Below are positions 43,201-45,685 of a stretch of DNA of 45,685 nt, in pieces. Position 1 is the stretch's first letter; the number at the start of each line of letters is the position of its first letter. Origin of the DNA: Clostridia bacterium (GTDB lineage: Bacteria; Bacillota; Clostridia; Christensenellales; CAG-1252); the NCBI GenBank assembly GCA_017455605.1, contig JAFSZO010000096.1, forward strand, positions 1-45,685. The letters are read 5' to 3'. Below the pieces are notes generated by a model, which saw nothing but the letters and a program-made list of their open reading frames with translations, made no database searches and was not told where the DNA came from. The position numbers and the translations under genes were made by a program.

Positions 43201-43998
43201 GACAAGGCGGCACCCGCGGACGTCGAGTACACGATCTATACGACCGGTTCCTCGATCATCCTCGCGGATAACGGCATCAAGTCCACGGATTACACCGTCT
43301 CCGGCAGCGCCGTGAAGGTCAAGGCGAGCTACCTCGCGAAGCTCGCGGTCGGCTCCTACACCTTCCGCGTGAGCGCGGGCTCCTCCGCTACGGAGGTATC
43401 CCTGACCGTGGTCGACAACACCAAGCCCGTGATCGAGTCGGCGAAGGGCGGCGTCCTGACCATCGAGTACGACAAGGCGCAGGGCGGCGACCGCTTCTTT
43501 GAGATGATGCTCGGCAGCGCCACCTTCCAAAAGGTGGATGGCAACGGCGTGGCGGGTCAGTACACCATCGGCGTGAACGACGCGAAGGGTACGACCAAGA
43601 TCACCATTCGCGAGTCCTACCTCAATTCGCTCCGCGTCGGCACCTACACCTACAACGTGCTGACCGACGTGAACGTCACCACCCTGATCGTAAAGGTCTC
43701 CGACACGCGCAAGCCCGAGTCCACCACCGAGACCAGCCTGAACTACGTGCGCGGCGCGTTGCTCCCCGTGGTCGTCTCCTTCAAGAACTACGAGCACGGC
43801 GTGAAGTCCATCGCGGTGAAGGGCGGCACCGACTTCTCCCTCTTCGACGGAGACGGCGACTTCGACCCGCAGAGCGGCACGCTGACGATCAGCAGCTCGT
43901 GGCTGAACGCGCAGGAGGCGAATAGCTACGTGACCTTGATGCTGACCTTCGATGATGCGGCATCGACGGTGTTGGCGGTGACTGTCGCCATCAACTAA
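40285..43998 (+). CDS. Large N-terminally anchored surface protein with six tandem X2/DUF1533-like repeats
   Basis: 1237 aa from MKKLLIIIPVVIVIAAA (GGAGGAGG RBS). The C-terminal ~540 aa form six ~85-95-aa repeats, each ending ..Y.F.V......L.V.V.D..(K)P. Confidence 0.85.
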   Translation: MKKLLIIIPVVIVIAAATVLGLFAAGVIGKKDEPVAYAVDSEATEVGVFKELGVDTFFDVRADRDPSTALDNFVIVHDNKGNKVPLKSTRQGDGVYRITARDGFKPRATYRIWATGSTFVAEQYKDLDTFIFTIKGGAETETVTVKEGIKKLALAGTTVTPLEQNGETYYTITLAAAAEARFGAGEVILAKKPVGAGFDEDLEVLYAGEIENYEYNGFAAYVVERESRIVDGKEEIYCRLASLGDVVKNIDIYKTLTIDENNFTVNEAMLQEALDKSEFTAAVYEAAVEAFDLFSGQFEKTVRNENPKITAKFAYEVDKEKIQLDFYFIVTLAKGMDLTFAVKNTINLTPNLNWQFDGTDLDDLQLDLGVNIKTKTVASVEMETSDAKLQATDIEDFKKKFTDLVTGKTAEKGIVGAELPIYSYKYPIYCFVLGIEFGVDINLGIKAQVDFEYVYETDITAGVTYVDGKVDTYKSIDTSSSAKDLVLLGKVKAEAGVYVKLTASLLEVVGIGFKVKTGVYAEIAGQLRLDMQAALNKELHIIKGYYVTGGLYLAFDFELKAGLDIPYIGYKGWDKSWELGRLEYPLFEYGSKYLVQSLVNDDMTVEVQGKTAAFNEIEVNAFDLDKVADANHVKVPLDSFDIEYLDGAENYITLENGLVKVNPAVGTEFTAVVKITAKNDNYVTGTVSFHKAAVMPTCADTSRSFDKNEPADVTFDVKKNQSSFIGLNGVGITVASYAAQDTGAVTIYKEFLADLAVGEHEFIYVTDKGRVTLTVVVFDSTPIGAPVTAATFSKTAKANVVFALELSGSKVEKIEGLNAGDYSVDSAGTLVIYASALENKAAGDYDLTVVATNDSTLDLIVTVEDDRVPALYESKFTFSKNAGVKHNVAVAFEAYTYSVVGVEGKTTRISESDYEIAQGKVNVLASYLSGLNQGDYSFTLKFTGATGVESRNFKITVSDTAAIVAGVSYATFDKAAPADVEYTIYTTGSSIILADNGIKSTDYTVSGSAVKVKASYLAKLAVGSYTFRVSAGSSATEVSLTVVDNTKPVIESAKGGVLTIEYDKAQGGDRFFEMMLGSATFQKVDGNGVAGQYTIGVNDAKGTTKITIRESYLNSLRVGTYTYNVLTDVNVTTLIVKVSDTRKPESTTETSLNYVRGALLPVVVSFKNYEHGVKSIAVKGGTDFSLFDGDGDFDPQSGTLTISSSWLNAQEANSYVTLMLTFDDAASTVLAVTVAIN

Positions 43999-44042
43999 AG
44001 CGACCGAGTATTAGGGCACATCTGCTTTGTTACAAACTGCAA

Positions 44043-44090
44043 GGCGGCGAAATCACGTACGTGGAGTACGCTCATTCGCCGCCTTTTGTT
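44043..44090 (+). terminator. Intrinsic terminator (third member of the conserved module family)
   Basis: GGCGGCGAA ... TTCGCCGCC around the ATCACGTACGTGGAGTACGCTC core, followed by TTTTGTT. Confidence 0.7.
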
Positions 44091-44470
44091 GTGCCTCGCA
44101 TCTGCACCCTTCTCCTCGGTCGCTTTGGTTGAGGCATTTCTCCGCGCCCGCTTGGTTATGGATAATGCTCCTCGGTCGCTTTGGTTGAGCGTTTTCCGCG
44201 CCCTTTGCGTTAGCAAAATATGAGCGTAGCGAATTATCATTCGCCCGTAGGGAGTTATCATTTTTGCGTAGCAAATTATCATACGCCGAATGGCGTCTTC
44301 GGCCTCGCATCCGCACCCTTCTCCTCGGTCGCTTGATATTGCGATATTTGACACTGATTTTTTAAGTTTCATTCGGAGCAACGCGACCCGCAATTCCTTT
44401 CGTATCTCCTACGGCGACATAATGTATTTGCTTCGTGGGACATGATGTGTCTCGCTTCGCTCGACATTAG
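44091..44470. repeat. Composite intergenic repeat block, copy E
   Basis: cctcgcatc(t/c)gcacccttctcctcggtcgctt x2 (44094, 44303). ctcctcggtcgctttggttgag x2. ATTATCAT hairpin-word array at 44205-44300. cggagcaacgcgaccc is shared with block A. Confidence 0.8.
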
Positions 44471-44504
44471 TGATGATCAATTTTCATAAAACGTGTAAAA
44501 ACAG

Positions 44505-44533
44505 TTGAAAAAAAGTTTTGGGAGTGATATAAT
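44505..44533 (+). promoter_or_regulatory. Sigma-A promoter of the tRNA-Pro/tRNA-Val operon
   Basis: TTGAAA (44505-44510), 17 nt spacer, TATAAT (44528-44533). Confidence 0.7.
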
Positions 44534-44607
44534 CTCTATGCTTGGCGATAGCTCCCTCAAACGCGGAGGGTGGTGGATCGTCTGACAACTTAATACATCG
44601 TAAATAT

Positions 44608-44629
44608 CTGGGTGTGGCGCAGTTTGGTA
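44608..44629 (+). pseudogene. Truncated 5' fragment of tRNA-Pro (22 nt) inside a ~80-bp duplicated leader
   Basis: ctgggtgtggcgcagtttggta is identical to 44784-44805. The preceding ~57 nt are also duplicated (44551-44607 versus 44726-44783). Confidence 0.7.
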
Positions 44630-44783
44630 TGCAATAGTGCACTTCCCGAACGAGATGCCGACATCGGATGAGTAACGATTCGCACCTGCGTCGTGCGGCA
44701 TGGGCTTCGCCATATGCGCGCAGCGCGCTCCCAAACGCCGGAGTGAAGCGGATCGTCTGACAACTTAATACATCGTTAATTAT

Positions 44784-44860
44784 CTGGGTGTGGCGCAGTT
44801 TGGTAGCGCGCTTGAATGGGGTTCAAGAGGCCGGAAGTTCAAATCTTCTCACTCAGACCA
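44784..44860 (+). tRNA. tRNA-Pro (anticodon GGG), CCA encoded
   Basis: 77-nt cloverleaf. Acceptor CTGGGTG/CACTCAG, anticodon stem CTTGA/TCAAG with loop ATGGGGT, T arm GGAAG-TTCAAAT-CTTCT. Confidence 0.88.
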
Positions 44861-44864
44861 ATAC

Positions 44865-44940
44865 GGGCAATTGACTCAGTTGGTAGAGTGCCTCCGTCAC
44901 ATGGAGGAAGTCAGGGGTTCGAGTCCCTTATTGCCCACCA
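44865..44940 (+). tRNA. tRNA-Val (anticodon CAC), CCA encoded
   Basis: 76-nt cloverleaf. Acceptor GGGCAAT/ATTGCCC, anticodon stem CCTCC/GGAGG with loop GTCACAT, T arm AGGGG-TTCGAGT-CCCTT. Confidence 0.88.
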
Positions 44941-44952
44941 TATGACAATAAA

Positions 44953-44988
44953 GCGAACTCTGGAAGCGATTCGGAGTTCGTTTTATTT
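44953..44988 (+). terminator. Intrinsic terminator after the tRNA operon
   Basis: CGAACTC ... GAGTTCG followed by TTTTATTT. Confidence 0.7.
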
Positions 44989-45029
44989 ATTGCAAAAGAC
45001 TTTTTCGGCATCAAATTCAATCGACCAAA

Positions 45030-45230
45030 CTAACCTTAGCCAGGCGCAAAAGCGCTTGGCTTTTTTCTTGCCATTTAGGCGGTTCCCTCCGTTTATTTCC
45101 CTTCCGTGGTGGCTATCGTAGCACAGAGAAAAGCGGCAGTCAACGCGAAAAATTGTCACTTAAAACTCCCATTTCAAACGATTCAAACGCAACGTTTTTT
45201 CTTGTTCGTTGACTCCCTTATAGATGTTAA
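45030..45230 (+). repeat. Arm homologous (inverted) to 38340-38530; includes a second terminator hairpin (45038-45067) and the inverted pair AGTCAACG ... CGTTGACT
   Basis: See 38340-38530. AGCCAGGCGC-aaaa-GCGCTTGGCT plus TTTTTT. AGTCAACG at about 45142 and CGTTGACT at about 45205. Confidence 0.65.
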
Positions 45231-45373
45231 TAGTAAAATCGAACCTTCACTTTTCTCCGTACCCCTCTGCCCCTGCCGAAAGGCAAATAAATATACGGAG
45301 GTATCCAAGATGAAAAAGAAAAGTTCCTTCCCTACCTGTTCAACCTGTCCCATAGGGACAAAGGAGGCTCGAA

Positions 45374-45598
45374 ATGGCAGAATACTTGCATTATGACGGA
45401 GAAGAATTCGTCACTTTCAACATCCTGCAGATCAACCAAGACAAACACGAAGTCGAGGTTGCTATCACCAACCGAGGCAAGATAACCGTCACGACGTTCG
45501 AGATACTCACCGACGAAAATGGGGACTACATCGAATACGGCGCTATGTACGACAAGATCTATCTTGCAGACTTTGAGGAGGAACCGAGAAATGAGTGA
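45374..45598 (+). CDS. Hypothetical protein (AT-rich mobile-element context)
   Basis: 74-aa ORF. AAAGGAGG RBS 6 nt upstream. Overlaps the next start by 8 nt. Confidence 0.55.
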   Translation: MAEYLHYDGEEFVTFNILQINQDKHEVEVAITNRGKITVTTFEILTDENGDYIEYGAMYDKIYLADFEEEPRNE

Positions 45599-45685
45599 TC
45601 CTATAAGAATCGTCATCGGCTCTTGGGGCTCATACAACGAATGCAACGAAAGAGCATTAGGCTCCAAGTGGCTGGACCTCTCGGA
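45591..45685 (+). CDS. ArdA-like antirestriction protein, N-terminal fragment (runs off the window)
   Basis: MSDPIRIVIGSWGSYNECNERALGSKWLDLS resembles the ArdA N-terminus of Tn916 Orf18 type (..IYIANLGKYNEGELVGAWF..) by recall. Only 31 aa are visible. Confidence 0.45.
   Translation, partial: MSDPIRIVIGSWGSYNECNERALGSKWLDLS

Noticed and set aside
40225-43797. 1190-aa ORF on the minus strand, antisense to the surface-protein gene
   Set aside because: The composition is extreme in Arg, Gly, Asp, Val and His. It has no RBS and no recognisable motifs. It is a typical shadow ORF of a GC-rich gene. The plus-strand frame has a signal anchor, repeats and an RBS.

Overview
This is a GC-rich chromosomal segment. 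Inference from the protein families (RqcP/YabO, the UPF0210/UPF0237 pair, ECF BioY) and the strong GGAGG ribosome-binding sites: it comes from a Clostridia-type Firmicute. I support about 35 CDS, 3 tRNAs, several promoters and terminators, and an abundant family of modular intergenic repeats.

Layout:
- 274-16652: housekeeping genes. These are queH, the UPF0210/ACT pair, an SGNH hydrolase, a ComEC-like protein, manA, mtnN, two Fe-ADH family genes, ispDF, rqcP, a CDF transporter, a C_GCAxxG protein, a macro-domain protein and a YdeI-like protein.
- 17044-25527: a tightly packed four-gene cassette followed by an XRE-type HTH gene. The genes are a TerY-like vWA protein, a PP2C-like phosphatase, a Hanks-type Ser/Thr kinase, and a 1559-aa Upf1-like SF1 helicase with a DUF4011-like N-terminus, inserted Zn-ribbons and a restriction-endonuclease-like tail.
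- 26164-38653: a visibly AT-richer carbohydrate-utilisation island. It holds an AraC-GH39 fusion, a CUT2-type ABC transporter, a GH3, a GH78-like protein and pgmB. Sequences derived from the 3' end of the adjacent tRNA-Val(GAC) bracket it.
- 39106-43998: bioY, a small hypothetical gene and a 1237-aa surface protein with six tandem X2-like repeats.
- 44505-44988: a tRNA-Pro/tRNA-Val operon carrying a duplicated leader and tRNA 5' fragment.
- 45030 onward: the AT-rich edge of a probable mobile element (ArdA-like N-terminus).

The best candidate for a previously undescribed system is the vWA-PP2C-kinase-helicase cassette. I read it as a phospho-switch coupled to a DNA-targeting motor, possibly with a defence function.

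The second most unusual signal is the arrays of GNA-loop mini-hairpins separated by constant 7-10 nt words in the intergenic repeat blocks.

Everything here comes from reading the sequence and motif recall. No database search was run.
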